Part shown: in pieces, positions 28,169 through 38,441 of the stretch
Numbering within the stretch: position 1 is the stretch's first letter
Layout of the letters: each line of letters starts with the position of its first letter
Position numbers and translations under genes: made by a program
From: an uncultured Pseudomonadota bacterium
GTDB lineage: Bacteria; Oederibacteriota; Muellerivitia; Muellerivitales; Muellerivitaceae
Direction of reading: 5' to 3'
Assembly: GCA_963770835.1 (NCBI GenBank)
Contig: CAVYRH010000005.1
Coordinates: 32,001 to 96,000, forward strand
DNA: 64,000 bases
Notes under the pieces: model-generated
What the model was told of the DNA's origin: nothing
Seen by the model: the letters and a program-made list of their open reading frames with translations, nothing else
The model's database searches: none

Positions 28169-29173
28169 TTGATGAAACGGTTTTTTACATTTTGGAGTTT
28201 TTGTTTTCTGGGGTTGGCCCCGCAAATCGCCCTGGCGGCCGAAGGAGTGGTAATTCAGCTTCCAGAAAAGGCAACGGTGGTTGGTCCCGAAATAAACCTC
28301 GGCCAAATCGCCGAGGTTATTACCGACGATAAGGCCATGGCGGACCGGTTGCGTCGGTTAACTTTGGGCAGGGCTGCCCCTGCTGGCGCTACGGTCAAAT
28401 TAACATTGAGTTACCTCAAAGTAGCCTTGCGGCGTGAGGGATACACTCTTCAAGAATTTTCTTTTGGAGGCGCCGAAACAGTCGAAGTCCTGACCCAAAG
28501 CCAATCCTTCGATCCTTCGGGGTTGTTGCCGCAAGTCAAGGCCTTTATTTTGAGCCAGACCGGGGAAACATCCGAAAATGTTGACGTAAAGTCCGAAGGC
28601 ACGGGAAAAAAGCTGCTTTTGCCGGCAGGCGAAGTGACGGCGAAATTCAGGCCTTCTTTCACTGGCCAGTATGAGGGATCGGTTTTCCTGACGGCGGAGT
28701 TGGAAGTGGACGGCCGTTTGGTGCGGGTGCTGCCGGTTCGGGCTACGGTTGAAATTTATCATCCGGCCGTTACGGTTTTGAGGAAATTGGACAAAGGCGA
28801 AAAATTCACCCGGGAAAATGTTGCTTTAGTTCGGACACCAAGCTCCAAAATGATCAATGGTTGTTTCCGCCAGTTAAGCAATGTTTTAGGGCGCACGGCA
28901 TCAATGCCACTGGCTCCCGGAACGGTAGTCCGGGTCAACGAACTTTATGACCCACCGGCAATTTCACATGGCCAAGTCGTCCAGGGTATTATCGAAAAAG
29001 GAAACATCGAGCTCTCGGTGCAGGTGAGGGCTGTTGAGGACGGGAAGGCAGGGGACTCGATTCGGGTTGAAAACACCGATTCCCACAAGGTGCTTCGCGG
29101 AAAGGTTTTGGACGAGAAGACAGTTCTCCTGGAGCCGGAGGGCACGGAGCAAAAGATGGAGGTAGCACCATGA
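28169..29173 (+). CDS. flgA: P-ring assembly chaperone FlgA
   Basis: Signal peptide, SAF domain, C-terminal AVEDGKAGDSIRVENTDSHKVL. Confidence 0.92.
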   Translation: MMKRFFTFWSFCFLGLAPQIALAAEGVVIQLPEKATVVGPEINLGQIAEVITDDKAMADRLRRLTLGRAAPAGATVKLTLSYLKVALRREGYTLQEFSFGGAETVEVLTQSQSFDPSGLLPQVKAFILSQTGETSENVDVKSEGTGKKLLLPAGEVTAKFRPSFTGQYEGSVFLTAELEVDGRLVRVLPVRATVEIYHPAVTVLRKLDKGEKFTRENVALVRTPSSKMINGCFRQLSNVLGRTASMPLAPGTVVRVNELYDPPAISHGQVVQGIIEKGNIELSVQVRAVEDGKAGDSIRVENTDSHKVLRGKVLDEKTVLLEPEGTEQKMEVAP

Positions 29174-29790
29174 AACTTAAGTTCCTTTTTGCATTGATTG
29201 GCCTCATGGTTTTAATGGCCGATCAAATACTATTGGCGGATTCTTTGTATCCCGTTGAGGGGACAAATTCGCTTTACACTGAAAAAAGGGCGCGAAGGGT
29301 TGGAGATGTCATCACCGTGATGATTGAAGAAACCAACCAAGCGGTTAATTCAGCTAGCAGCCAAGACCAAAAGGCTTCCGGTTTGGCGGTTGGGGCGGGC
29401 ACGGGCTTTTTGGGGGCCGGGGTCTATGGGAACAGCGTTCTTAGCAATGTCCCCAACCAAATCGGAGTTGGCGCCAGCACCGCTCATCAGGGACAGGGTT
29501 CTTCTAGCCGGGCTTCTACCATAACAGGTCAAATGACCGCTAAAATTATTTCGATTTTACCTAGTGGAAATTATTTGATTCAAGGTTCACGGTACGTGGA
29601 AGTGAATGACGAGAAACAAACCATCGAAGTCACGGGTGAAATCCGGCCGGATGACATTTCGAGTGACAATATTGTTTTATCATCCCGCGTGGCTGAGGCC
29701 AAGATCAAATTCACCGGCGTAGGGCCTGCTTCTGAAACGGCCAAGCCGGGTTTATTAACCCGGGTTTTAGGTTGGCTAGGTCTTTTTTAA
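29170..29790 (+). CDS. flgH: Flagellar L-ring protein FlgH
   Basis: ARRVGDVITVMIEE, ILPSGN, GEIRPDDI, SSRVAEA, PGLLTR. Confidence 0.93.
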   Translation: MKLKFLFALIGLMVLMADQILLADSLYPVEGTNSLYTEKRARRVGDVITVMIEETNQAVNSASSQDQKASGLAVGAGTGFLGAGVYGNSVLSNVPNQIGVGASTAHQGQGSSSRASTITGQMTAKIISILPSGNYLIQGSRYVEVNDEKQTIEVTGEIRPDDISSDNIVLSSRVAEAKIKFTGVGPASETAKPGLLTRVLGWLGLF

Positions 29791-29807
29791 CAGCCTAAGG
29801 AGTTGCA

Positions 29808-30983
29808 ATGATGAAAAAAAACTTTAAAATTTTGTCTGTTTTGTTGGCCTGTATTTTTCTTTTGGCGGGCGCCACAGAAGCAGCGCAAGTTCGCTTGAAA
29901 ACTATCGCCCAAATAAAAGGAGTCCGGGAAAATCAATTGATCGGATATGGTTTGGTCGTGGGGTTGAACAGGACAGGTGATACCCAGCGGGTACTTTCCA
30001 CACTTCAAAGCGTCACTAACATGTTGTTACAGTTTGGAGTTAAAATAACACCGGACCAAGCCAATTATATGCAGCTCAATCCTTATAGTGTGCAGAGCAA
30101 TTCTAACATAGTCCAAAACGTGACCAAAAACGTTGCGGCGGTTATGGTCACGGCCCAATTTCCTCCCCTTTTGAAATCCGGTGACAAGATCGATGTTACC
30201 GTTTCCTCCATCGGGGATGCCCGCAGTCTTCAAGGTGGGAATCTGTTGATGACACCCCTTCAGGGCCCGGATGGCCAGGTCTACGCCGTAGCCCAGGGTC
30301 CTCTGGCTGTTGGCGGATTCTCGGATAACACCGGAGAATTCCCCTTGATTCAAACGAGTCAGACGACGGTGGGCCGTGTTCCCAACGGCGCTTTGGTGGA
30401 AAAAGAAGTGCCTTCCACGTTCGTCGACAACAACACTATTTCCGTCCTCCTGGATCACCCCGATTTCGGCCAGGCTTCCTTGGTAACCCAGGCATTGAAC
30501 CAACAATTCGGGGAGCAGGTGGCGAAGGCGGTGGATGGCGGCCAAATCGACGTTAAGGTTCCCTTCAATTACCAGGATAACGTGGTGGATTTCCTCGGCG
30601 CCATAGAAGACACACAAGTTATGACCGATTCACCGGCCAACCAGGTTGTCATTAATGAACGGACAGGAACGGTCGTCTTGGGACAAGACGTCCGCATCGA
30701 CGCAGTGGCCATTGCTCATGGCAACTTGCGCTTGGTCATTAAAAAGACCACCCAAATTACCCACGATGCCGTTTTTGGACATGACGAATTGACGCATACG
30801 ACCACTGTTTCGGCAGAGGACACAGGTAAATTGGGCAACCTGGTTGTTTTGCCCGAAGGGGCTACGATGATGGATGTGGTGACAGCCATCAATGCGGTGG
30901 GCGCCACTCCGCGAGACCTTATTTCAATTCTTCAAGCAGTCAAGGCGGCTGGAGCTTTGCATGCCGAGTTGACCATCATTTGA
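29808..30983 (+). CDS. flgI: Flagellar P-ring protein FlgI
   Basis: GVRENQLIGYGLVVGL, SIGDARSLQGG, INERTGTVV, AGALHAEL. Confidence 0.97.
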   Translation: MMKKNFKILSVLLACIFLLAGATEAAQVRLKTIAQIKGVRENQLIGYGLVVGLNRTGDTQRVLSTLQSVTNMLLQFGVKITPDQANYMQLNPYSVQSNSNIVQNVTKNVAAVMVTAQFPPLLKSGDKIDVTVSSIGDARSLQGGNLLMTPLQGPDGQVYAVAQGPLAVGGFSDNTGEFPLIQTSQTTVGRVPNGALVEKEVPSTFVDNNTISVLLDHPDFGQASLVTQALNQQFGEQVAKAVDGGQIDVKVPFNYQDNVVDFLGAIEDTQVMTDSPANQVVINERTGTVVLGQDVRIDAVAIAHGNLRLVIKKTTQITHDAVFGHDELTHTTTVSAEDTGKLGNLVVLPEGATMMDVVTAINAVGATPRDLISILQAVKAAGALHAELTII

Positions 30984-31002
30984 TCATCGGGGGACGGTTT
31001 AG

Positions 31003-31473
31003 TTGAATATTTCAACCCAGCCAATTTCTTTAACGCCCATGGATCTCTTTGGATCCTCCAAGCCCTTTCCCATCAATGAATTGGGAACCGCCTTTGCCTT
31101 GCAACCATCACTGGCTTCGAAAGCGGCCAGTCAAGTCGTTCTCGGACCCGCCGGGTTAAATCATCTTAATAAAAGCCTCTCCCCATCGGCTTTGAACCCT
31201 TTATCAGGGTCACCGAGTCATTCGGATGCCGAGCTGAAAACCGTCTCTCAAAACTTCGAGTCTATTTTTATGCAGATGTTGATGAAAGAAATGAGGAATT
31301 CCGTCCAAAAATCCAACTTGTTGGGTAATTCCAAGGGCATGGAATTCTTTGAGAGCATGTATGACGAACAATTGACGCAGAAATTGGCCTCTTCGGGCGG
31401 TATGGGCCTGGGCCGAATGATTTATGAAAGGCTTAAGGAAGTTACTCAGCCCCACCAAAAAAGCTTCTCGTGA
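31003..31473 (+). CDS. flgJ: Rod-binding protein FlgJ (no muramidase domain)
   Basis: NFESIFMQMLMKEMR, MYDEQL, GGMGLGRMIYE. Confidence 0.88.
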   Translation: MNISTQPISLTPMDLFGSSKPFPINELGTAFALQPSLASKAASQVVLGPAGLNHLNKSLSPSALNPLSGSPSHSDAELKTVSQNFESIFMQMLMKEMRNSVQKSNLLGNSKGMEFFESMYDEQLTQKLASSGGMGLGRMIYERLKEVTQPHQKSFS

Positions 31474-31895
31474 GCCTTGCCAATTGTTCCCGTTGCGGTA
31501 AGGTTTTTCCCCTCGTGCCCGGGGGAAGAGACTTATGTCAAGCTTGTATCAAAGAAGAAGACAATAATTACCTCAAAATCTTCCATTATCTTTCAACCCG
31601 CCCAAGCGCCACGGCCCAGGAAATCGCCCAAACCACTGAAGTCGACATCAAAGAAATCTACCGTTATGTCCGGGAAAACCGCCTCCGGTTGGTTCAAGCC
31701 GACACGGGCCTCCGCTGCGAGAGCTGTGGAATTCCTATTTCACAAGGTAAAATTTGCGAAAATTGCATGAAAACCCTTTCCGAAGAAATCAAAAACGATA
31801 TCGAAAAGTTTAAACAAAACAGGCCAAAAGAGCCTCCGGTCAATGAGGTTCGGGACCCCAAATACCTTAAAGAAAGGCGTGGAAAGCCGAAATAA
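31470..31895 (+). CDS. YvyF-like Zn-ribbon flagellar operon protein
   Basis: NCSRCGKVF...LCQAC, HTH-like middle, CESCG...ICENC. Lies upstream of flgM, as yvyF does in Bacillus. Confidence 0.82.
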   Translation: MSLANCSRCGKVFPLVPGGRDLCQACIKEEDNNYLKIFHYLSTRPSATAQEIAQTTEVDIKEIYRYVRENRLRLVQADTGLRCESCGIPISQGKICENCMKTLSEEIKNDIEKFKQNRPKEPPVNEVRDPKYLKERRGKPK

Positions 31896-31973
31896 GGCTG
31901 AAAATTAGCCGTTTTTGATAGTTTTGTTGCACAAGCTTTTCCCCTGAAAATTGGTTTTTTTAAACCTCTCCCC

Positions 31974-32000
31974 TCAAGTTTTACCCCCTTTAACCGTTAG
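31974..32000 (+). promoter_or_regulatory. Putative sigma28 promoter of flgM
   Basis: TCAA(GTTT)-N15-ACCGTTAG, compared with the consensus TAAA-N15-GCCGATAA. Confidence 0.65.
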
Positions 32001-32079
32001 AAATAACAGGAAAACCATGAGTGCCTTTTAGCGGTACTTCCCGCTAGGGGCATCCAGGTTGATATCTAAGGAGTAGTCC

Positions 32080-32373
32080 ATGCGTATTGAAGGTTTTCAA
32101 AACATCCCCGCGGTTCTCCAGTCCTTGAAGACTGGACCTTCCCCCAAGACGGAATCGCAAAACGAGTCAGTGGGAAGTGCGTCTTCTGTTTCTTTAAGCT
32201 CCTTCGCTGAGGTTTTCCAAAATCTCCAGAGGGAAGCGGCCCAGGCCGCAGTGATCCGGAATGAGAAGGTGGAGCAATTAGCCCAACAAACTCAAAACGG
32301 AAAACTTTCGGTGGATTTGGATAAATTGGCTTCGAAGTTGGTGGATTCCCAAGTGATCAACATCCAAGGATAA
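32080..32373 (+). CDS. flgM: Anti-sigma28 factor FlgM
   Basis: SVSLSS...IRNEKVEQL...VDLDKLASKLV. Located between the yvyF-like gene and flgN. Confidence 0.85.
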   Translation: MRIEGFQNIPAVLQSLKTGPSPKTESQNESVGSASSVSLSSFAEVFQNLQREAAQAAVIRNEKVEQLAQQTQNGKLSVDLDKLASKLVDSQVINIQG

Positions 32374-32376
32374 GGG

Positions 32377-32862
32377 ATGAACGAACTCGTTGGTGCACTC
32401 ATTGAAAGTTTGAACCAGGAAACCGGACACTACCGCCGGTTGGCCATTTTGGCTGAACAACAAAGAGAACTGCTCGTGGCGGGGAAAATGGAAACTTTGC
32501 CGGAGAACCTTCGTCTTGAGGAAAAAGAAGTTTTTGCGCTGAGCCCCCTCGTGGCTGAGCGCAATGGGCTTTTGGGAAAAATGGCCAAAGCCAACCAGCT
32601 TAAGACGATGGGGTTGGGTGAGGCTTTGGAGAAGTGCCCGGCGGACCAAGCCACGGATTTGAGAAAAGCGGTCACGGAATTGGCGAGATCGGCTAAAAAG
32701 CTCGAGGAAATCAACCAAATTAACGAAAGGCTCTTGGGTAATGCGCTGAAAGATGTGAATTTCACCTTGAGACTTATCCGCAGCGGAGGTAAGGCAAAAA
32801 CGCCAACAGCTCCCCGTACAGCGGAAGAGAAAAAACCTTCATTCGTGGACAGGGTCATTTAA
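32377..32862 (+). CDS. flgN: Flagellar export chaperone FlgN
   Basis: Helical protein with INQINERLL. Located between flgM and flgK. Confidence 0.85.
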   Translation: MNELVGALIESLNQETGHYRRLAILAEQQRELLVAGKMETLPENLRLEEKEVFALSPLVAERNGLLGKMAKANQLKTMGLGEALEKCPADQATDLRKAVTELARSAKKLEEINQINERLLGNALKDVNFTLRLIRSGGKAKTPTAPRTAEEKKPSFVDRVI

Positions 32863-32872
32863 GGAGGATTGG

Positions 32873-35200
32873 GTGATTAACAGTTTTCAAAGTATCAACA
32901 CTATCACGAGCGGGCTCGTTCTCCAGCAATTGGAGCAAGAAATCAACGCTTCGAATATTGCCAATCCCTCCGTGGATTCCAACGGTTATTTGATGAACAG
33001 TCTGGAGCAAGTGAATGTGACGCCGGGAGCGTCATTGAACCTTTCGGGCGTCGGTGGCCCATTCCAAGTGGGGACCGGCCCGACCGTAGAATCCATAACC
33101 CGCCTTCGCAGTTCGTTTTTGGACTCCCAAATCCAACAGGAAAGCACCGTGCTGGGCCAGGCAGAAATATTGGCTAATTCGCAGAACACCGGAATCTTGA
33201 ACCAAATTCAAAACATCATTGACGGTCCCACCACATTGAGCTCGGCCCTGAACACCTTCGCCGCCGACTGGGCTGCTTTGGGGTCCAACGCCGACCCCGC
33301 CACAGACGCAAACGACCAAGCCAGCGTTGTTCAATCGGGGATAGCCTTCGCGCAATTGGCCACCAGCCAGTTTAACCAGTTGGAGACCTTACAGGCTGGC
33401 AACGGCCAGCAAATCAACAGCACGATCACCCAGATCAACGGTCTTCTCCAGCAATTATCGGCCATCAACAAGCAGCTTTTGGCTACGCCGGGTTCTAACC
33501 AAAACAGCCTTTTGGATGCGAGGGATTACGCCTTGGACAAGCTCTCCCGTCTCGTCAACATCCAAACCAATATCACCGCCAACGGCACCGTCAGCGTGTA
33601 TTTGAGTGGCAGTAGTGTAACCCTGGTGGACCCATCGGGCGCTGCGATATTTCAAACCAATCCCTTGAATACCCATTACCCCGACCTGGTGGGCGTCACC
33701 ATTCAAACGCCGGAGGGCGGGTTTTACGGTGGGGACGTAAACGGGACGCCCAATGACATTGAAAACTCCATCACCGGCGGGAACCTGGGCGGGGAACTGC
33801 AAGCCCAATATACCATTATGTCCTACCAGGAGCAGGTTGACCAAATCGCGACCTCCGTCATCAACGTGACCAACGATCTTCATGAGGCTGGCTACGCAGC
33901 GGATGGGGTGACCACGGGGACCCCCTTTTTCACGGGCACGGGCGCGGCAAGCATCGGGGTCAACCCCGTGTTGATCACCAACAACGCTTTAGTGGCCGCC
34001 TCCGTCAGCCCCGGCACCCCCACCAACGGACAAGTGGCCCAGTTCCTCGGCAACTTGCCCAACATCCTGGCGGATAATTTCGTGGAAAGCGACAACCAAA
34101 TCGCCGTCCCCGGCTCCATCAACCCGGCCACGCCGATCGGGGCCCAGGTTTTCGCCAGCCCGGTTAGCGCCACTGGTTCCTTCAGAGTGGACGGAGTGCT
34201 CATTAGTTGGAACAATACCCAATCTATCGACACCATCTTGGCCGCCATCAACGGCAATCCCAATCTCAAGAATGTTTACGCCGTTTATAACGCCTCCACT
34301 AGCCAGTTTTACATGTTTTCCAACAACCCCATCCAAATTACGAATGTCACCGGCAATTTCACGACCTGGGGCAACATCGCCAACGTGCTGACCAGCACCA
34401 TCCGCATGAACAATTACGAGGCCCCCGACATGCCCCTCATCGACGCCAGCGAACTTCCGCCGGGACCGCCCTTTTTCGGCAAACCGGCCGCGGCTCCCAT
34501 GGACTCAACTGTGCCGGGTTCCAATGCGGACACGGGCCCTAACAGCATCGCCTTTAAAGTGGTGCCGAGCACGAGCGGCGTCTTCACAATCAACGGCAAC
34601 ACCTTTGTTTGGAACAATAATATGTCCTTGAACCAAGTGGGCGCCCTGATCAATGTTCCCCCGGCCACCTACACCATCAACGGGGTAACATCCCCCAATC
34701 CGAATCCCGGTTGGGTGGGAACCAGTGACATTGCGTTTAATTTTAATCCAGCCACCCAGACCGTCACCTTGACTTCGACACAAAATGGGGGCAACTCGCC
34801 CGAGCCCATCCAAATTAACGATATTTCCGGCAACTTCACTGTTTTCACTGGCTTGAACGCCGACACCCCCATTGGAAGCCTGGCCTCGGGTTTGACCAGC
34901 CAAATTGCCTCCAATACCGCTGGCGAGCAGGCTCTAGAAAGCCAAGCTTCGAACTCCTTAAATCAGCTTAACATCGCCCAGGACAATATCGCGGGTGTTA
35001 ACACTTCCAGTAACGGTTCTGGACCAGGTGTTCCCCTCCAAACCATCGAGCAGCAGGCCATGCAATCCTTAATCTCTTACAACGCCATGTTGGAAGTTTT
35101 ACAAGTGATCGACAATATGTACGTTGATTTGGTGAACATGCTGGGTGGATCCACCGCGACATCTTCCTTTGCACCTGAATCGACATCTTCAACAATTTGA
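32873..35200 (+). CDS. flgK: Hook-associated protein FlgK (divergent)
   Basis: SNIAN, QVGTG...SITRLRSSFLD, LLDARDYALDKLSRLV, GGNLGG. Follows flgN. Confidence 0.85.
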   Translation: MINSFQSINTITSGLVLQQLEQEINASNIANPSVDSNGYLMNSLEQVNVTPGASLNLSGVGGPFQVGTGPTVESITRLRSSFLDSQIQQESTVLGQAEILANSQNTGILNQIQNIIDGPTTLSSALNTFAADWAALGSNADPATDANDQASVVQSGIAFAQLATSQFNQLETLQAGNGQQINSTITQINGLLQQLSAINKQLLATPGSNQNSLLDARDYALDKLSRLVNIQTNITANGTVSVYLSGSSVTLVDPSGAAIFQTNPLNTHYPDLVGVTIQTPEGGFYGGDVNGTPNDIENSITGGNLGGELQAQYTIMSYQEQVDQIATSVINVTNDLHEAGYAADGVTTGTPFFTGTGAASIGVNPVLITNNALVAASVSPGTPTNGQVAQFLGNLPNILADNFVESDNQIAVPGSINPATPIGAQVFASPVSATGSFRVDGVLISWNNTQSIDTILAAINGNPNLKNVYAVYNASTSQFYMFSNNPIQITNVTGNFTTWGNIANVLTSTIRMNNYEAPDMPLIDASELPPGPPFFGKPAAAPMDSTVPGSNADTGPNSIAFKVVPSTSGVFTINGNTFVWNNNMSLNQVGALINVPPATYTINGVTSPNPNPGWVGTSDIAFNFNPATQTVTLTSTQNGGNSPEPIQINDISGNFTVFTGLNADTPIGSLASGLTSQIASNTAGEQALESQASNSLNQLNIAQDNIAGVNTSSNGSGPGVPLQTIEQQAMQSLISYNAMLEVLQVIDNMYVDLVNMLGGSTATSSFAPESTSSTI

Positions 35201-35212
35201 GGTGAAGAAGCT

Positions 35213-38200
35213 GTGAGCAACATAAGCGAGCTTTTAAATCTAACATCCACACCCCCCTCGGACACAACCGGGGTTTTTGGGGGGGCGGGCCCGGTTGCGC
35301 CGAAGAACTCCCAAAGCGGAAATAGTTCTTTTCAGGACCTTTTGGCCCGCATTGCTTCCCAAAAGGGAAACGCTAACAGCTCCAACCCTGTTTCGACTAC
35401 GCCTCAGGGAATGGCGGCGGGACAGGAATCGGCTCCAACTTCGATTATGCCGGGACAAGCCGGGACTTTCACGGCCGTTTCTGAAACAACCCTTGCCGTC
35501 ACTGAATCGGTAAAGGCCTCCAATCCCCAACAATTAGCCCAGGCGGAGCAGGCGCTGGCTTCCTTGGCCGTGGGGTTGGCCCACTTGATCAGCATCATGT
35601 CCCAAATGAACCAGGGGCAGACGCAGCAAGCCCAAGCGGCCCTGAAGGCTTTGGGAGCGGGCCCGAACGCCCTTCCCGGTATTCAGAACATCCTGAACAA
35701 CCTTCAGACCTTTTTCCAACAATTGCCGCCGAACCAGAACCCACTGAATCTCACGTCCGGCCAACAAACCGCTTTACTTGGCCAATTATTCCAACAGATG
35801 ATTCAAAACCAGCAGGTGCTTTTTGGCGTTACGCCCACAGCCCAAACCGGAACCAACGCCCCCCAAGCGGGCATCGGTGGAATCCCGCAAACGGCTGTCC
35901 TGCAAGTCCTGTTTTCGGAGACCCAAGCCAGCCTAACCCAGCAAGGAACCAACGAAGCTTCCCAGGTTTTCATCAACCTTCAGACCTTTAAAATGTCCGC
36001 TACGTTTATTCAGGAAGGCCAAGGATCCAACCTGCAGGCGCTCCCCCCCAATTCCCAAGCATTGTTGAACAACTTGAACCCAGCCATGCCAAACCTTCAA
36101 GCGGCGAATACCCCGGCCGTCACCCCGGCAAACTCAATGTCTTTGGCATATTCCCAAAATGATTTGAACCAAAACTTCAAAAACCTAGTCCAGCTCCTCA
36201 TGCAATCGGGAGTTGGGCAGGCGGTCCTGACAACTTTCATGCGGAGCCAACAAGAAGCGGGGAATTTGGCCCCTATGAACAACCAGGCCAATGCTCTCCT
36301 ACCCGTTTCCGCCAACAACCTCAGCCAGGCCCCCCCAGCTAATGTGGAAATACCGCCGGTGAACCCTACCGAATTGACAATGTCGACTGTCAATAACGCC
36401 GATGTCGCTCAAGGCCATAATCAACAAAACGCCACGCTCCTTAAAGCGCAAACAGTTCAGCTCCCCCCGGTAAGTGAAAACTTTGGGGAACCTCCCCAAG
36501 CCCAAAACCCAACAAATACCATACAGGGTCAGCCCCAAACGACTGTCAATCCGCTTCCAGCCGAAACAACGGGATTGAATCCAAATGAGGGAACGGCCTT
36601 AAACAATATGGCGGCCGGGTTGAATACCTTTACTCCCCTGACTTTTTCCACGGGCCCCAATAACACAGGGGGAAATCCGAAAGTCCAAAACCCAACTAAC
36701 ATCGCTCAAGTTCAACCCAAAACTCCCGTTAATCCGTCCCTGGGAGAAGCAGTGTCATTGGGCCAAAGCCAGGGGAACGCCGTGCAAACGCAGCCACAAA
36801 CGGCGGTTCAGTTGCCGACGCCCCAAAATGAGGGGTTGAATCCGAGTGAAATAGCTGCCTTAAATGACACCGTTGCCAAGATGAACGCCTCTGCTTTGCA
36901 CGACATCCAAGGCAGTATTGGCGGCAACAACGCGACACCCGACATGAATCTGACCCAAGGACAGGTTATAGCCTCTTTAACCGCAAACCGGCTTTCGGGC
37001 GCTCAACCGCCGACTTTTGGGAATCCCTCGGTTCCCATTGATGCGCCCGTAACGGCCCAACAAGTTCCGGCTTTAAATACTGCCGCTCAAAAGACCGCCA
37101 CGGCTCTTGCGGCTGTTCAACCAGCTCAAAACACAGGTGGTACTACAACGACCCCTTCCAACACCAACCAACAAGCGGTTGTTTTTTCGGGCCCGGCAAT
37201 TAATGTTTCAACTCTCTTGCAAGAACCCATCAACCAATCCGCTCCACCCATTCTTCAAGCGGCCGGCAACCCACCTCCTACAAACCAAGCCTCAGTCTTG
37301 AACAATATGGTTGAGACTGCTCCTGCCATAGGAAATATCAACATTAATTTGGCCTCGCTTTCTGCAATTAATACCTCCAACACGGCCGTTACCGCCAATC
37401 CGGGCCCGGCCCCGGTTACAGCTCCCAATACGGTTGTTCCGCTTCCGCAACCGGTGACTTTGCCGGTTGGTGCTAACCCCTCAACGACACAGGCCACCCC
37501 CCCTGGCGTCACTCCGGGCCTTGCCCCGGCTCTCCTGAACCAAACGATTAGTCCGCCTGCCACTTCGCAGGCGCCAACTCTTCCCGCTACCGCAGTGGTG
37601 GGAGAAGGTGTTAAAGCCGAGATCCCGGCAACGACTGTCCCGAGAAACGAAAACTTCGCAAATCCCTCTGCGGTGGCGAATGCCCAGCCCTTGGCTTCCG
37701 TGATTCCGATTTCTCCTGAGGCGGTGGCCCCAGCGGACTCGGTATTGAGTTCCGCCGCCGGTCTTGGAACTTTGAACGTATTGGATAAAAACGCGCCTAA
37801 TAATTCAGCCATATTGGAAGCCAATACCCTTTTGGGCCTATCCAGTGTGGCCAACCAGTCTTCCGGTACCCATACAACCTCCCCAGCGGCTATTTCCACG
37901 GCTCCGGGGTTCAACTTCGACACCGTCAGCCTTCTAGGCCAAATTTCCCAGCAAATTGCAGCTCAAACCACCGGGGCGAGAGCTGTTTCCCGGTTGAACT
38001 TCCAGCTTATTCCCGAAAGCCTGGGCCGCGTGACGGTCCAAATCGCACTTGTGGATCAGTCCGTTTCCGCCCGTATCTTGGTTACCAACCCAGAGGTTAG
38101 GGAGGCCCTCCAAACCCACATGGTGGACCTTAAATCGGCCCTCAACCAAGCCGGCCTTCAAATCGACCAGTTGCAGGTTCAGGTTCAGGGAGGAGGGGGT

Positions 38201-38365
38201 GGCAACCTCTTGGCCCAGTATTACCAGTATCAACAGGAGGGCTTTGGGTACCGCACACCGGTCTCCCCGCTCCTTAACGGCACCGAGGTAGCCCAAAACC
38301 CCGAAAATATTGGGGGTGCGGGGGTTTTATCGTCCCGGATGTCCTTGGTGGATGTCCTGGCCTGA
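35213..38365 (+). CDS. fliK: Hook-length control protein FliK (very long, low complexity)
   Basis: C-terminal FQLIPESLGRVTVQI...VREALQTHMVDLKSALNQAGL. Q/N/P/T/A-rich body. Lies upstream of flgD. Confidence 0.9.
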   Translation: MSNISELLNLTSTPPSDTTGVFGGAGPVAPKNSQSGNSSFQDLLARIASQKGNANSSNPVSTTPQGMAAGQESAPTSIMPGQAGTFTAVSETTLAVTESVKASNPQQLAQAEQALASLAVGLAHLISIMSQMNQGQTQQAQAALKALGAGPNALPGIQNILNNLQTFFQQLPPNQNPLNLTSGQQTALLGQLFQQMIQNQQVLFGVTPTAQTGTNAPQAGIGGIPQTAVLQVLFSETQASLTQQGTNEASQVFINLQTFKMSATFIQEGQGSNLQALPPNSQALLNNLNPAMPNLQAANTPAVTPANSMSLAYSQNDLNQNFKNLVQLLMQSGVGQAVLTTFMRSQQEAGNLAPMNNQANALLPVSANNLSQAPPANVEIPPVNPTELTMSTVNNADVAQGHNQQNATLLKAQTVQLPPVSENFGEPPQAQNPTNTIQGQPQTTVNPLPAETTGLNPNEGTALNNMAAGLNTFTPLTFSTGPNNTGGNPKVQNPTNIAQVQPKTPVNPSLGEAVSLGQSQGNAVQTQPQTAVQLPTPQNEGLNPSEIAALNDTVAKMNASALHDIQGSIGGNNATPDMNLTQGQVIASLTANRLSGAQPPTFGNPSVPIDAPVTAQQVPALNTAAQKTATALAAVQPAQNTGGTTTTPSNTNQQAVVFSGPAINVSTLLQEPINQSAPPILQAAGNPPPTNQASVLNNMVETAPAIGNININLASLSAINTSNTAVTANPGPAPVTAPNTVVPLPQPVTLPVGANPSTTQATPPGVTPGLAPALLNQTISPPATSQAPTLPATAVVGEGVKAEIPATTVPRNENFANPSAVANAQPLASVIPISPEAVAPADSVLSSAAGLGTLNVLDKNAPNNSAILEANTLLGLSSVANQSSGTHTTSPAAISTAPGFNFDTVSLLGQISQQIAAQTTGARAVSRLNFQLIPESLGRVTVQIALVDQSVSARILVTNPEVREALQTHMVDLKSALNQAGLQIDQLQVQVQGGGGGNLLAQYYQYQQEGFGYRTPVSPLLNGTEVAQNPENIGGAGVLSSRMSLVDVLA

Positions 38366-38388
38366 GGTATAGTTTTAGCGATTTAAGT

Positions 38389-38415
38389 TAAAGTTTTCGG
38401 CCTTGGGGCCGTTAT
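38389..38415 (+). promoter_or_regulatory. Putative sigma28 promoter of flgD
   Basis: TAAAGTTT-N11-GCCGTTAT, a near-consensus match. Confidence 0.75.
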
Positions 38416-38441
38416 AAACATTAGAAAGTGGGGTGATTTAA

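Noticed and set aside
32022..32053. Hairpin in the flgM leader as a third copy of the flgG/flgE motif
   Set aside because: It forms a stem but lacks the GGA internal loop and the second hairpin.
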